Shown one piece after another: positions 41,003 through 54,040 of a DNA stretch of 64,000 nt. The notes beneath the pieces are model-generated. The model was given only the letters and a program-made list of their open reading frames with translations. It ran no database searches and was not told the origin of the DNA. The DNA lies in NCBI GenBank assembly GCA_050575255.1, contig JBNZDD010013686.1, forward strand, positions 1,188,000 to 1,251,999. The letters are read 5' to 3'. A program made the position numbers and the translations under genes. Source of the DNA: Harriotta raleighana (taxonomy: Eukaryota). Within the stretch, counting starts at the first letter, position 1. Each line of letters opens with the position of its first letter.

Positions 41003-41149
41003 TCAGTCATTCTAAGGGCATAACAGTTGGAAATTGTGGACAACTGCAGAGCTATTATACATTCTACCAGTTTCCTACTGAAGCAAGTTTTGATTTGTAT
41101 CTGCATTGGTGCTTTAAATATTTGAGGATTGCATAATAAATCTCAAGAC

Positions 41150-42330
41150 TGATCCGAACCAATAAGGGGTGGTAATAGGATGCGGTTCTCCCTTCACCTG
41201 GCGAAGCTGCCCTACACATTCTTCTAACATTTGCAGTACCAATTCATGGTGGATCTGGAAAGCTAAACCAAGTTAGGATTTATTATGATGCAGAGATTCA
41301 GAGGTTTGACTGGTCACACTGATGCCAGAGGTTGTTTTATGACCTTCCAAAATATCAGCCCTACAATCTTCCCATTGCATCGAACTACGCAGTACTTCTC
41401 CCATTTCGACCACACTCTTCTAATGTCTACCCCCCGTTTTCTTTCATTTAGCCAATTAGTTATCCAAGTCAAATGTTTTGCCCTTCATATCCACTGGAAT
41501 TAATGTGCAACAGAGTCCCCAGTGTGATAATTTATCAGAGACCCATTATGTGGCTCTTTTGCTGTCAACATGAGGTGCCACTGTTCTCAAGAAAGTATGA
41601 GGTTGGAAAATAAAAATCTACCCCTTTTGACACCGTGTTGGCTGCCATTTTTCTGGTTATTTTTATGCAGGTAATGTTCCATTCCGTTTCCAATTCTTCA
41701 AGTAAAGTTAATGAGTCTATATTTCTACCTTCTTGAATTTGGGACCATATTTGCCTGTTGCTGGAAGCTCCCCAGTCTGTGCATAATACTTCTCCTTATG
41801 AAAGACAGCAAACACGGACTCCTGGGGTTTAATTCATCTGTGTCAGGAAATACTGCTTTATTCAGGTTGAGCCTAGTTAGAACTTATACTTCACTAATGT
41901 CAAAGTATCAAAGTTGGAACATATGGTGGATTGATGGATAGCATTTGCTTTGTCTCTTGATTTTTAAAAAACCACAAAGAGCTGTCATTTACTGTCTCTT
42001 GTTAGACCTTAGTTTTAATACACTTTTGAGTCCTTTAATGTTTTAACTTCTTCCCTGACCATCCTCTTGAGGTTAGAATTTTTGGAAAGGTTTGTTTTGC
42101 ATTATGCTTTGCATCTGCTGCTAGGTTACTTTCCAAGTTCCCTCTTGGCTCCCAATATTTTTTTTTAACTTGCTTCTGTAAAATTTTCTAGATTGTCCCA
42201 ATGGTCTCCCTACAAGTTTTTGTAAATCTTCTTTCTTCTCAAACTCCTTTTAGTTTGTTTGCTTTTTTGCTGTATTACAAAGTATACTTGTTTTGTGTTT
42301 GAAGGATTTCTATTTATTCTTGTCAGATAT
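41150..42330 (-). mobile_element. Decayed CR1-like fragments
   Basis: Pyrimidine-rich reverse ORF2-like sequence with many stops; boundaries uncertain. Confidence 0.4.
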
Positions 42331-42717
42331 ATCCAGTCTATATTACTAAGCTCAGACTTAATACCACTGAAGTGTGTATGTCTCTAAAGTATATACAGTA
42401 CTGGCTAGATCTGGGGAATAGCGGAAGATAGCAAAGTAATAAATTATGCAAAAGTAAGACACTAATCCACAAAATAAATCTGGTGGATGTATCCACAAGT
42501 GGGCGGAATAGAATTTAAGCTTCTTTTGATTGCAAATCAATAGACAAAGATTACATCATAAACCGAGAATGGCCATTCAATTTTATGAGTGAGGAAATTT
42601 GAATGGTGAATTTTAGGCAAACATTAAGAGTGAAAAAGATAAGCAAGTGTGGTCTTTTCTAATGGCGAAAGTCATTTACATAAAATGGATAGAAGGAGCT
42701 ATATCAATTTAAAAAAA

Positions 42718-42968
42718 CTTGCATTTGATATAGCACTTTTCTTGTCTTCTAGACACCTGAAAGCGCTTCACAGAATATACTGATTCAATTCACTAAAGTG
42801 AATTTGTGGGCAAAACACGGCAGCCAATCGCACACAGCAGAGTTATGGATTAAAGTGACCAATTTATTACCGGGGTTTTTTCTTGCCCAAGATTTCTCCC
42901 TGCTGGGAATTAAACCCAGGTCTCTCGCTTGCAAGACAAGTGCTCTAACCATTGAGTCACAGGAAACC
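42718..42968 (-). mobile_element. tRNA-derived SINE, internally deleted
   Basis: Reverse complement of the head (…ctaaccattgagtcacagga) and tail (cttgcatttgatatagcac…) of the same family. Confidence 0.85.
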
Positions 42969-43099
42969 TCATGTGCCTTAAGCCTGGTTTTGAACAAACG
43001 TTATTCGGGAGTTTGAAAGGTAATTCATTAATGTCTTTGAGGCAAATAAATACCAGTTACAGTATATACAATAATATTGTGTTAAAATAAGGTAAAATG

Positions 43100-43340
43100 T
43101 TGCTGAATCTCTTCTTTGTAGGACTTTGTTGCCAATTATAAAGTTCACTTTTCAATCTCTGAAAAATTATGCCTAAATTGAGTTTGCTACAAAATGGGAA
43201 GGCCAAAAGGTTAGGCTGGCCTTGGTCCCAATGGCATGGCCACTCTATTGAATATAGAACCACTGACCTTGTAAGAACGTTTTAAACCTTGGCTGCCGGC
43301 CACTTCTATGAATAGTTAAAGTTGCTCCTAGTTTCTTTGT
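43100..43340 (+). mobile_element. Decayed CR1 fragment
   Basis: AAGGCCAAAAGG...ATTGAATATAGAA...AAACCTTGGCTGCCGGCCACTT resembles KANR..GIEYK..KTLVRPHL. Confidence 0.45.
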
Positions 43341-43529
43341 CAGAATGTGCCAAAAGAGCATTTTCTTGAAACCCTTTCGTAAAAGCAATATGCACAAATC
43401 ATGGTCGGCATTCTTACATGGTGTATGGGAACTTCCAGTATCCAGGACTGTCCAATGTTTCGTGTCTGGATTTCAAATGACAGGGAGTCATGGCTGGTTG
43501 AAGAATGGAAGGGAAAGGTGGTCAAAAGT

Positions 43530-43910
43530 TCCGTCAAACAAATAAGGCTTCAGGTGCAATTTGAAGATGGATAGGGAGGTACTCCAAGAGGACTCCTAAA
43601 TGGAAGTTCCAGAGAGTGGGGACAGATGGCTGAAAGCTCACCGATGAGAGCGCTAGTATAAGAGGCAAGTAAGCCAGTTTTTGCTGTGTGGAAAAAATAA
43701 CTGGGGCAGCAGGAATAGGTAGGACAAGGCTTTGGAGGCATTTGAAAATGAGGACAAAATTCATGAATGAGATCTGCTGGAGAATAATGAGCCATTGGAG
43801 CTGAGCGAGGATTGGAGGGATAGGCTCGCAGAGAAGAAAAAGCAAAACGCAGAAAACGTGAGATTTGACCTGCATCATCATGGTGGCTGAGCAAGTCACA
43901 GGAGAGGACG
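43530..43910 (-). mobile_element. Older L2 LINE 3' fragment
   Basis: Translation PIPPILAQLQWL...FVLIFKCLQSL...PTLWN resembles the L2 C-terminus. Confidence 0.65.
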
Positions 43911-45940
43911 GCACACCAACTGTTGGCCATGAGTTCCTTGCTAAATGTTACCTGAACTGATGGTCATTAGTGTCCAATTCCCACCTCCTGATATTTCTGG
44001 ATGGGCTTGGAGGACGTCCAACCCAGTGTGGGGATATTTGAGAAGGCGTGCAATAGCAAAAGTGGTTTAATTTCCAGGCATGCAAGAAATCTTCAGCAGA
44101 TTGTGCCCGGTCTTACATTCTTTATGCTAAATCATGGTGTCAGATGGCAAAGGAAAAAGAAACGTCAGCCAGAAGAGTGAAAACAAGAAGATAAATCTGT
44201 GATAGCAAATCATTTGTAATCACAGTGTAGCAGGGATATGCTGACCCAATCACATACACAGACTTGCTATGGTTTTAATATGCTTGACAACTTTGCAATG
44301 AATATAAACATTTCACCCAGACACCTGCAGTTTGAGGAACTTGAACCATTTAGTGGTCCTTAGTCCTAATCCAGTGCATTCCTTGTTTAACACTTCATTG
44401 AGGTATAGTGTTTTGTTCACCTGTCTTCACCTGAAATAAGTAAGTTTTTTAACCAAGGAGAAACTTGCAGTTCATCATATATTTATTTTGAAATCTTTGG
44501 CGTTCTGATCTTACCCCAGTGGTTCAGGAATTGTATTGAATGAGATTTGGAGTTACATGTGAAAACAGATTGGGAAACTGTTACGCTGAAAGTGATCAGA
44601 TTACCAAAGGACACAGGGCTAGAACTAGAGTAGAGATGACTGTCACTTCTGATGACTGATTGCACTTTGATCTATTTTACATCATGATGTCCACTGTGAT
44701 ATGTACTGCATTGACTCGTTAAGAGGTTTCACAATTTCTCAAACTTGACCAATGATCATATTTACTGCAGTCTGTCTGGGCTCACTCATGCCAACATGAA
44801 TTTAGCTCAGTCTGTCTGGAAGAGTGATGCTGCATTAAATTATACTAATTTAATGCATTAAACTAAACAGATCCCAAGTTAAAAATATTACTTTAAAAGC
44901 GCATTGTACAGAGAATTATTTGGCAAACCTTTTTTTAATCTTTAGGGAGGTCATTTTTATCATCGTAAATTGACATGGAAGAAATACTATTATATATTTG
45001 AGTTGTTTGTTTTATAAAATTGAAAATAAAAAAAAACCTAACACCTTTTCACCAAAAAAAATGCCCTTTTCAAAAAGATGACTGGAATTGATTAAATCTC
45101 CCCAAATGAAAACTTGACCGTAAAACCTAAAGAAAAATGTTATTGAAACTCTAAGCACAAATCTCAGTCTGGCTTCTGTTAATAAAAACCTCAGCACTGA
45201 TTTTCAACCATCATCTTGAAACCTTATTCTAACTTGAAATCCTTAAATGATTTTTCTTTTAATGACATATATATATTATATGATAGTTGGATCAAACCCT
45301 GATTGCCTGCAGCACATTGATGTTCCTTAAAAATATGTTTCAGGCAGAGAGTATTAAATACCTGTGTTTCGACGAAAGGTGTAACTGCTCTAAATTAGTT
45401 TTACCTCTGCTAAGGATTTCAACATTTGCATCTTGAAAACTACCAGCTCTTAAAAAATGTTTTCTTTTTGCCCTAAGCATTGTCACATATAAGTTGGAAA
45501 GGGTTCAAGTCATTAACCTCAGGGCTTGGCCTGCTGAGATGATATCACTGACTGGACCTGCACACATGAAAAGCTTCAAATCTTGGCAAGCATCTAGTGT
45601 ATGTAGCTCAAGGAAAGTTCTCGCCACGCCTCTTGGCTCTGTATGCAGTGCTGTTGTGTTAATACAGGATAAAAAATATAGTGTTAACAGTAACGTTAAT
45701 AATCAGTCATGTACAAAAAGCTGTCAATAAAATTATAATTGGCACATAAACTCTACAGCACTCTACACTTCTAAAACTGCCCATCTTGGCAAATGGACCA
45801 CATAGCTTCAGGAAGATTTTAGTCGAGCAACAGCTCAAATTATACTTAACATCAAATGCAAAGATTATTATTACCTGGTTGTTTCAACTGTAAAGGACAC
45901 ATTTACTTAGCAAAGCATTAACGCTACACTATATACTGTC

Positions 45941-46253
45941 AGTGCCTGTAGCTCAGTGGTTAGACCACTCACCTTGCAAGTGAGAGCACCTGGCTTCATT
46001 CAATTCCAGGCAGGGCGAAAACTTGCGTGAGTTTCTTTACTCCACACGCCTAGTAATAATCCCTAAAAAAAAAATTGGTCATTTCAATCCATGACTGTTT
46101 GTGGGATGCCCCTGTACACAATTGGCTGCCGCATTTTGTGCACAAATATACGGTCAATTCACAATTCAGAATACAGTATATTCTGTGGAGCGCTTTGAGA
46201 CCTCAAGAAGACATGAAAAGTGCTATATCAAATGCAAGGATTATTATTATTAT
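45941..46253 (+). mobile_element. Full-length tRNA-derived SINE
   Basis: CCTGTAGCTCAGTGGTTAGA head through ...ATCAAATGCAAGG(ATT)n. Confidence 0.9.
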
Positions 46254-46769
46254 AAAGATGAATTGTATCAACTGGTTCCGTTCTTATTTTTCACTGTTTG
46301 TATTTTGTACTCTGTGTGGCAATCAGTTATATTTTCCAGAAAGAACCATATCTTGCGTATCCGCTAACTGATAAAATTTACTCCTTCTACGTGTTCCTTG
46401 CTGGTAGGTTTGCTAACAGCATAGTACCATATACACTTTCATGCGTGGTTAATGTGTCACTGCAACCTAGAGCAGGGCAAGTCTGAACAACGTAGCAGGA
46501 GCTAGAGAGAGAATGCAGAGCTCCCAGAGAATGCTTTTATCAACTGATCAATGTGAAAATAAATAGGAGATTAAGAAAGAAGGTAGATTTATAACCTACC
46601 TAGAAAGGAGAGATTGGCTGGTTGAATTCTAGACTGAACAGAAAATGATTCTAAAAAAAATTAGGGGAGCCAAATGCTAATGCTAAAAAATACTTTCAAT
46701 CTTAAACACTAGAAGTGTGGTCAGGGAAGATGTTAAATCCCTGAGGGTGCCAATGGGGGTTGGAAAAAA

Positions 46770-47330
46770 ATGTATAGGAGGACATCGCAAGGCACTGGAC
46801 AGTCATTGTTTCAGATTCGAGCTGGGGTTGGGAACAGGGAGAGTAGAGGGAAAGGGGAAATTTGGGTTGACCGATGGAACCGTCGAAGAGGAGGGTCTTG
46901 AGGCAGGACTTCAAGGAAGTTAGGGATGGGGCGAAGCGGAGAGATGGAAGTCCAGAGGTTGGGGGCAGAGTGGCTGAAGGCTCGCCTGTCGATGGTGGGG
47001 CAGGTGGGTCGGGGGTTACGTAGCAGGCTGAAGCCTGAGTGGAAGGTGCAGGCAGGATGGTAAGGGTAAGGGAGGTCGCAGAGGTAGGTTGGGGCAAGGC
47101 TAAAGAGGGCTTTGAATGTGAGGTCCAGGATCTTGAATTAAACTGGTTGATGGGCAGCCAATGGAGTCAGGTGAGGATGGGGGAGATAGGGTCACGAAGC
47201 TTGGAGTGGTAGAGGACACAGGCCCAGAGTTCTGGATTATCTGCAGCCTATGGGGGGAGGAATTGGGAAGGCCAATTAGGACGTTGGCGTAGTTGAGTCG
47301 GGATGTGATGAAGGCATAAATGAGGGTTGA
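46770..47330 (-). mobile_element. L2 LINE 3' fragment
   Basis: Reverse complement aligns with the 62 kb copy; ORF track shows RFAPSLTSLKSCLKTLLF. Confidence 0.85.
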
Positions 47331-48137
47331 ATAAGGTATTCAATAGGTCATCTCAGAGGTTTGGTCAAGTCATACTCCATATAGTTCTGAACACCACTAC
47401 GTAAGAGAGCTGTTCAGGCCCTGAGGATCCTTACAGAGATATAAAAGATGTAAAACTCGATTGAGATAGTAAATCTGGAACCACGTCCTCCCGATGTGAA
47501 AGGCAGTATACAAATATAATTTTGTTGTCGTTGTTGATGTCTTTATGTGAACCGATCTTGAGAACTGGAAGGCGGGCAAGTTTACACTCGGACATTGCAT
47601 CAGATTATTTTAAACAGCTTGTAAAAACCTAGTAGGGTAACTCAGTTCTTTTTCTAAACGAGTTGACTTTGCCGATTGTGGTGACATTGTGTTCTTTTGG
47701 TTGGTTACATATCAATGGTTTTTAAATTTGGCAACATTTCAATTGAGTAAGTAGGATGTGAGCCTGACGCCACTGTGAGCTTCCAATTCTGACCTATGTC
47801 GTAAAGATTTAAAAAAAATTCTCAGAGTTGATTTATGATTACATACATTTTATTTTTATAAAGGAAAAGAATAAACTACATTTCTAAGGAGAATAATGCC
47901 TCGATTTTTAAAATAAAATCATTGAGGTTATCTTGAAACTGTCTGTAAATTCATATGATGAGAATTGGAGATTATAATAAGAGACATTTCAATCTTGTGG
48001 AACGTGCATTGCTGGTAAATTAATTTATGACCTACATGTTTAAAGTAGAAACATCCTTTCTCAAAATTACTAAGAATCCCCCCTTTGCTTGTGTGAGGCC
48101 TTTTAAATTCTGCTCTAGGAGGTTTATTGACTTCATG

Positions 48138-48227
48138 AATAATAATAATTCTTGCATTTGATATGGCGCCTTATCAAAGCGCTTCACAGAATATACTGCA
48201 GAGTGATTTGATGGTATATTTTGTGTG
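48138..48227 (-). mobile_element. SINE 3' fragment
   Basis: Reverse complement of family tail with a small deletion. Confidence 0.75.
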
Positions 48228-48961
48228 AGAAATAGAAAGGAATGCATTGCTGGGAGAGAGAGAAAGCGACACAAACCTTAACACATTCCAATATCCTCTA
48301 TTGCACCCAGTCTGCTTCATGTGGACATATTTCTGAAAATAGTGCAATAGCTCCTCTACACAAATCAAAAATGAAAATAAGCTTACAACATATCTACCAA
48401 CACGTGCCTTAACTTCTCTTTAATACCTTAGCCATTGCTGCGGCTGACTTGATATTTGGCCTATCCATCAATTCAATTGTGCACTACTGAAAATTGAAAT
48501 CATCTTACTGACAGACTCAATGGGCCAATAGAAAAGTGAGTTAATCCCACGCCTCCTAAAAGGTTAATCATAGAAAATATAGATTCAAACTATTCAATTA
48601 TTCCTGTTCAAAAGATCATTGTCACAATGTCGTACCGTAGATTTTCGATCAATATTCCAGATTTCAGATGATCCTACCCTTTAAGAATAAACAACTCAAG
48701 GTGTGCCACAACAATACTATTATATCTTGCTCCTGAAGTGCTGAATATTACCAAGACTCAAAAGAATTCGGATTTTTTTTTCAACCATTAAGTGTTTTAT
48801 ATATTTGTAGCAAAAATTTGTACACTGTAATCATTGCAGATTGATGCATCACATTTGATTGAAATACACTTCTTCGTAAACTTCTCAATCTTTTGCTGGT
48901 TGACAGGGCAGGGGAGAGGAGGAAGAAATGACCTTGATTTTCATGTGCTTTTCCTATTTGT

Positions 48962-49281
48962 GGAGCTCCTGTAGCTCAGTGGTTAGAGCACTCGCCTTAT
49001 AAGTGTGAGACCTGTGTTTAAATCCGGGCATATCAAGGCGAAACCTTGGGCAAGTTTCCTTACTCCACACACACATGCTTAATAATATTCCGTCCAAAAA
49101 TCCCCGCAATAATAAAAATTGGTAATTTCAATCCACGATTTCTGGTGGGACATCGCTGTGCACAATTGCCTGCTGTGTTTCGCCCACAAATATACAGTCA
49201 ATTCACTTTATTCTGTAAAGCACTTTGAGATATCGATAAGATGTGAAAAGCCCTATATCAAATGCAAGGATTATTATTATT
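48962..49281 (+). mobile_element. Full-length tRNA-derived SINE
   Basis: GGAGCTCCTGTAGCTCAGTGGTTAGAGCACTCGCC head, shared body, (ATT)n tail. Confidence 0.9.
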
Positions 49282-50294
49282 CCTCTCTATAGTGGACATA
49301 ATATGTCCTTTCAGTAAAGTCTGGGAAACGTTTTTTATAGTCTCAATGGTTGGCTTCACTAAAAACTAGCTGCAAAACAGAAATCACTCATTTTAGCCAG
49401 AATGTCATATCAGTTTGGGTGGCCTTGAGGCCTAGTAAAAAAAATATGTGCTACAGAATTACAGAAATGACGGCACAGAATGAGGCTATTCAGCTTATCA
49501 AGACAATGTTTGTGACAGCTATTCAGGATCTATTTTACTTCTCTCTATCCCCAATGCTAGTGGGGATACTCACTGAGTATCACACGAAAATCACTCACAA
49601 ACATGGGACGTTTAATAATTAATCTGAAATCAGGAAATAGTTTACAGATCTTCTACATGAAAGATGAAATTTACTTTATATTTTCTTTTTTGTCTTCAAT
49701 AAGTCTATGGACAGTCATATAGCTGATTCATTGTTATATCTTCTGTAAGTTCTTTATGGCCACAAGACTAAGACCTCATTTACTCACAGAGAGACACTGT
49801 TCAGGCCTTGTCAAGTTCTACCAAATATAATTAGGAAAATGGATAACAGCTGCACACTAAACTGAAAAGGACTGAGACAGAAATAAATGGCAAGACTTGC
49901 TTAAATAATTGTAGGTTTGGATCGCTTACCACACGCATTATAATGAATCTGCAGTATATCATTACTGCTTCAATCGTACATGAAAAGAAAACACCCAAAA
50001 ATCCAAACCACACTATCGTTGGGGGATAGAATTTCCCAATAATCAACTGCAGATTTTATTTCTTGATAAAATCTATAAGCAATAAATGTCACAATCATTG
50101 TCTGAAGTTTAGCCAATATAAGGTGATTATACTTTGTAAACCAAATCTGGACACATATGTGTATCTATATGTGTATATATAAAATATATATACAGTATAT
50201 GTATATATAAATACTGGGGAAATTTGTTGATTAACTGCTGGATACTGTATATCTGTTTTCGAATGTTACTGTTTTTGCAGTTTGTTGCTGAATT

Positions 50295-50374
50295 CAAGAC
50301 GGGGCAAACTTGGCCCGGGACACAATACGTCATCCGGGAATTGTTCCCGGAAATCAGGGACATATGGTCACCTA
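50295..50374. mobile_element. hAT (Blackjack-like) terminal fragment
   Basis: Subterminal CCGGGA/GGGAC repeats ending GGGACATATGGTCACCTA, resembling the TAGGGTGACCA-type terminus; partner end not found. Confidence 0.5.
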
Positions 50375-51026
50375 AGGCTATATCAAGGGCGTACATGGTT
50401 CTTCTGACAAAGGTAAATAATACAGAAGACATAAAGCAATCAAATCAATATTGTAATAGAAGATGAAATTCATCGTTGTGAAGCCTGTCCCTCATTTCAG
50501 GTTTTAAGATCTGTAGAACCCCTTAGCTCAACTTCTTTCTCTGACAATCTGCAGNCAATCTCAAGGTTTTAAGATCTGTAGAACCCCTTAGCTCAACTTC
50601 TTTCTCTGACAATCTGCAGATTTTTTTTTAGAAAATATTTGTTGACACCTAATCACTAGATGTTGATTATTAATACTCTTGAAACACTACCCAGTGTGGA
50701 GCGTGTTATATAAGTGCAAGTTGTTGTTGTTTGTTGACACAACCTTCTCTGCTCTGCTTTTCAACCTTGGCAGTGTTCTGCACTATGGGCCTTGAGTCTT
50801 TGTCTACATTTCTTAGTTGGTTAATTGTGAAGGATTTAGATACCAGTTATTCACTGTTGTTTGTAACATCTCTACATGCCCTTCGATAAAAGTAAGCAGC
50901 AGTCATTTCCAGCCGTGCTTCATTTTCTATTGTGCAACAGGTGCAGTGATAGTGCAACACAACAGGAAACGTCAGATTCCAAAATAAATGAACTACAGAA
51001 TTTGAGAGCACATCTGGAAACATAGC

Positions 51027-51147
51027 AATAATAATAAGAAGAATCCTTGCATTCGACATAGCATCTTATCATGTGACCAAGAGGTCTCAAAGTGCTTCTC
51101 AGAATATACTGTAAAGTGAATTGACTGTATATTTTCCAGGCAAAATG
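51027..51147 (-). mobile_element. SINE 3' fragment
   Basis: Reverse complement of family tail. Confidence 0.8.
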
Positions 51148-51589
51148 CAATGTCACTAAAGACCATATGTCTGACAATATTACAGCTGTTATACACCATT
51201 TTCGAATCTACCTGCAGCGAGGTAGATTAAGCCAAAACACAATTTAAAAATCCTCCTAAACAGCACTCAAAATAATCTATCATTAGGCACTCAAATGAAG
51301 CAGGGCTGAAGAACTTCCCACCACTCTCCCCCTCCGTTTCACCATTCCTGACTGCTGTCATTATAAACCACATCCAATGCACCTCCTCCCCAGTGACATA
51401 CACACATGGTTCATCTGCACACACAAAGGAATCCTAACTGAAACAATAAGAGCAGAATATTTGCAGAGAACAGAAACCTAAGCAGCGTTTGTATAATTGT
51501 GTATCAAAAAGCAAAACATACATTAACAATAGCTGTTCATGATTGACGTGAGCCTCCGAGTTGTGTGCAGAGAATGGCTGTTTCTAATA

Positions 51590-51870
51590 ATTATAATAAT
51601 AATAATCCTCACATTTAATGCCACATCTTTCACAGTAGTGAAAGTGATTCACAAGATTTACCGAAAAGTGTAGTGACTGTGTATTTGTAGGCAAACGCAG
51701 CAGTCAATTTACGCACAGCAATATCCTACAAGCTGTGAACTGCCCAATTTTATTTGGAGGACTTTGGGTCAAGATACCAAGAGAAACCCTTCTCTTTTTG
51801 AATAGTGCCATGGGATCTTTAACAGGCAGGTGGAACCGTGGTTTAACATATCATCCGAAGCATTCTCACT
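51590..51870 (-). mobile_element. Deu-domain SINE fragment
   Basis: AATAGTGCCATGGGATCTTTAAC...GGTTTAACATATCATCCGAAG is the reverse complement of the Deu core. Confidence 0.75.
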
Positions 51871-52849
51871 CTTTTGCATTGCCTCCCAACAGGTAAACAT
51901 GCTTGAACAAGTCCATGGGACTGAAGATTCTCCTGAAGAAAATGCTGCTAGGGATATACATCTGCTGAATAATTTCTGAATAATCAGATACCATGAAAAC
52001 CAATTAAAACTTTTGAAACGGACACATCAGGGAAACATGCGGCTATGAGAGACTTTAATAATATAAAGCAAATTACCTGCTGGGTCACACTTCAGTGTGA
52101 AGTTAAAATGAACATAATATAACAGAAATAAATTGCAATAAATGCCTATACAACAAGAGACCAAAATAAGGTTTGTTAGTGTATTAAACACAGTGTATTC
52201 CAGCGCCTTGCGACGTCCTCCTGACGTGAAAGGCTCTATACAAGTGTAATTTTGTTGTTCTATTGAACAATTTTGATACCAGATTCCTTTTGTTCGTAAA
52301 TAATAAAAGCATTTTGGAATGTTGAATCCTTTGCTGATAAAATAGACACTAGAGAAATTTTCCTAAGTAATATGCAAATAAAGAATAACAGGGTAATACT
52401 GTTTATAAATGCTAACCTTTGGCAACAGCCTATTTACTGCACTCGGTGTTTTCTGCCTGTTCAGTGGGTATCTCTTGCTTGGTACAGAATTATAATCAAT
52501 ACTAAAAGTAACATTGGATAACTACTTATGATAGGGATTTGCATCAGCTTTGCTTTTGCACAATACTTTGGAAAACTACAGTGAATGTACATATAATAAA
52601 GCTTGAAGAATCCAACTTATAAGAACACCGTGCATTATTGTATCCTTGTACATTTGCATACTTTATTTAAATATAAAAATCAGCATTATTTTTATACTTG
52701 CTCCTTATTTTCCACACTCATGGACTTTCAGTTCTGAAGACATATCTTAATAAGTTACAATACGTGGATTCTAAGTACTGTATCTAGCCTTGTTCGTGGC
52801 TATTTGAGGTTATAAATATGACAACACTACAAATAAATGTTAACATGAG

Positions 52850-52888
52850 ACGAAGTTGAAATTCTGAAACAAAAACAGAAGTTGCTAG
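52850..52888 (-). mobile_element. Short fragment of the same Penelope-like terminus
   Basis: tctgaaacaaaaacagaagttgct resembles 56384-56407 tctgaaaacaacacagaagttgct. Confidence 0.4.
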
Positions 52889-53076
52889 ATTTACTCTATT
52901 AGCGTAGCATTTCAGAACTTGTAGAATTTGGCTTTCTTAAATAGAGCCTTCATTTTGAAGTCAGTAAGTTAATTTAAGTAGTACAGAAGATTGACTTCAA
53001 AGGTAAGGAAGACGGAATTCAACAATTTGCCAAATCCTAGATGTTCTAAAATGCTACATTAATAAAGTAAACCTAG
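52885..53076. mobile_element. Fold-back (MITE-like) element, 192 bp
   Basis: 48-bp inverted termini 52885-52932 and 53029-53076 (40/48 match) plus inner inverted repeat TTTGAAGTCA/TGACTTCAAA. Confidence 0.6.
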
Positions 53077-53587
53077 ACCCAGGTGTAATTTTATTCCACG
53101 TGTCTCTACTGGAATGTGCCAGTAACAGTGGAGAAGTCTGTTCTCTCCGTTCAGTCCTCCATTCAGCAATTTTGTTGAAGACTGCCAGACAGTGAAACCC
53201 AGTAAAAATCTTAACTCTGATACAAGGTCTTATTTTTCTTGCACATCCACTGCAAGAAGAGTAACATTTATTTTGTTTAATATTGTACAGTATTTAGAAT
53301 GTCAATGAGACATAGTGCTGGCACATCAAACCTGGTACATGACAAGTTACTAAAATGCAGTTTTCTGGGGGAAGGCAGAAAACTTTATCTTGTTGTATTT
53401 CGACCACAAAATACAACAAAATTTCCCAGTACTGTATAAGGGGATGACAAAAAAGCAGCTGGCTCCATCGTATGCGACAATATTTTAATCCAAAACGATA
53501 AAGCTTATACTTCTTGGGTCTTGATTTATAACTGTACAACTTATATATTGAATTACATATTTAAATGAAGGTACAACAAAATACTGC

Positions 53588-53660
53588 CTGTCCAGCACCT
53601 TGGGACGTCCTCCCGACGTGAAAGGCACTATACAAATGTAATTTTGTTGTTTGTTGTTGT
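53588..53660 (+). mobile_element. Isolated L2 tail, type A (similar at 15030-15087, 47480-47536, 52198-52259; minus 13985-14040)
   Basis: CCAGCACCTTGGGACGTCCTCCCGACGTGAAAGGCACTATACAAATGTAATT(TTG)n, same as the end of the long L2 copies. Confidence 0.8.
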
Positions 53661-53834
53661 ACAATGCATACATTCAGAGTCTTAAAGCCCTAAGCCACGT
53701 GTCTTCATAACTGCTGCAGTGTATTGAGGTATTTTAAGTAAATAGCAGGCCAAGGGGCATTCTGTGGGTGGGGAAGGCAAATTGGACTGACTGATGGTCT
53801 GTGTGTGTGAGTGTTTGTGCGGGAAGGGACTTAC

Positions 53835-53902
53835 CGAGCGTTGCAGTTTCGCGGCTTGTGCTCACTGCTAGCTCTCTGCAGTAACCTGATGCTAAAGAGT
53901 CC
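53835..53902 (-). other. Candidate 68-nt non-coding exon
   Basis: Minus-strand acceptor gttattttccatag|GGACTC and consensus donor CTCG|GTAAGT; CpGs retained; no ATG inside. Confidence 0.4.
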
Positions 53903-53931
53903 CTATGGAAAATAACATAAACTCACCAACA

Positions 53932-54040
53932 CCACAAAATGTACAGTTAATATACAGTACATTTACAGCATGCTCTGTGAAGCTCTTTGATGTGATAGAG
54001 CACTATATCAAAGGCAAGGATTATTTATATGATTATTATT
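53932..54040 (+). mobile_element. Decayed SINE 3' fragment
   Basis: CTGTGAAGCTCTTTGA...GCACTATATCAAAGGCAAGGATTATT. Confidence 0.65.

Noticed and set aside
48962-49030. tRNA-like sequences (also 26409, 40618, 45941, 54632, 55758)
   Set aside because: These are SINE heads: each runs into the same SINE body and tail and lacks an intact cloverleaf.
50499-50619. Exact 56-bp direct duplication (50499-50554 and 50564-50619)
   Set aside because: The copies flank an N at 50555; most likely an unmerged contig overlap.
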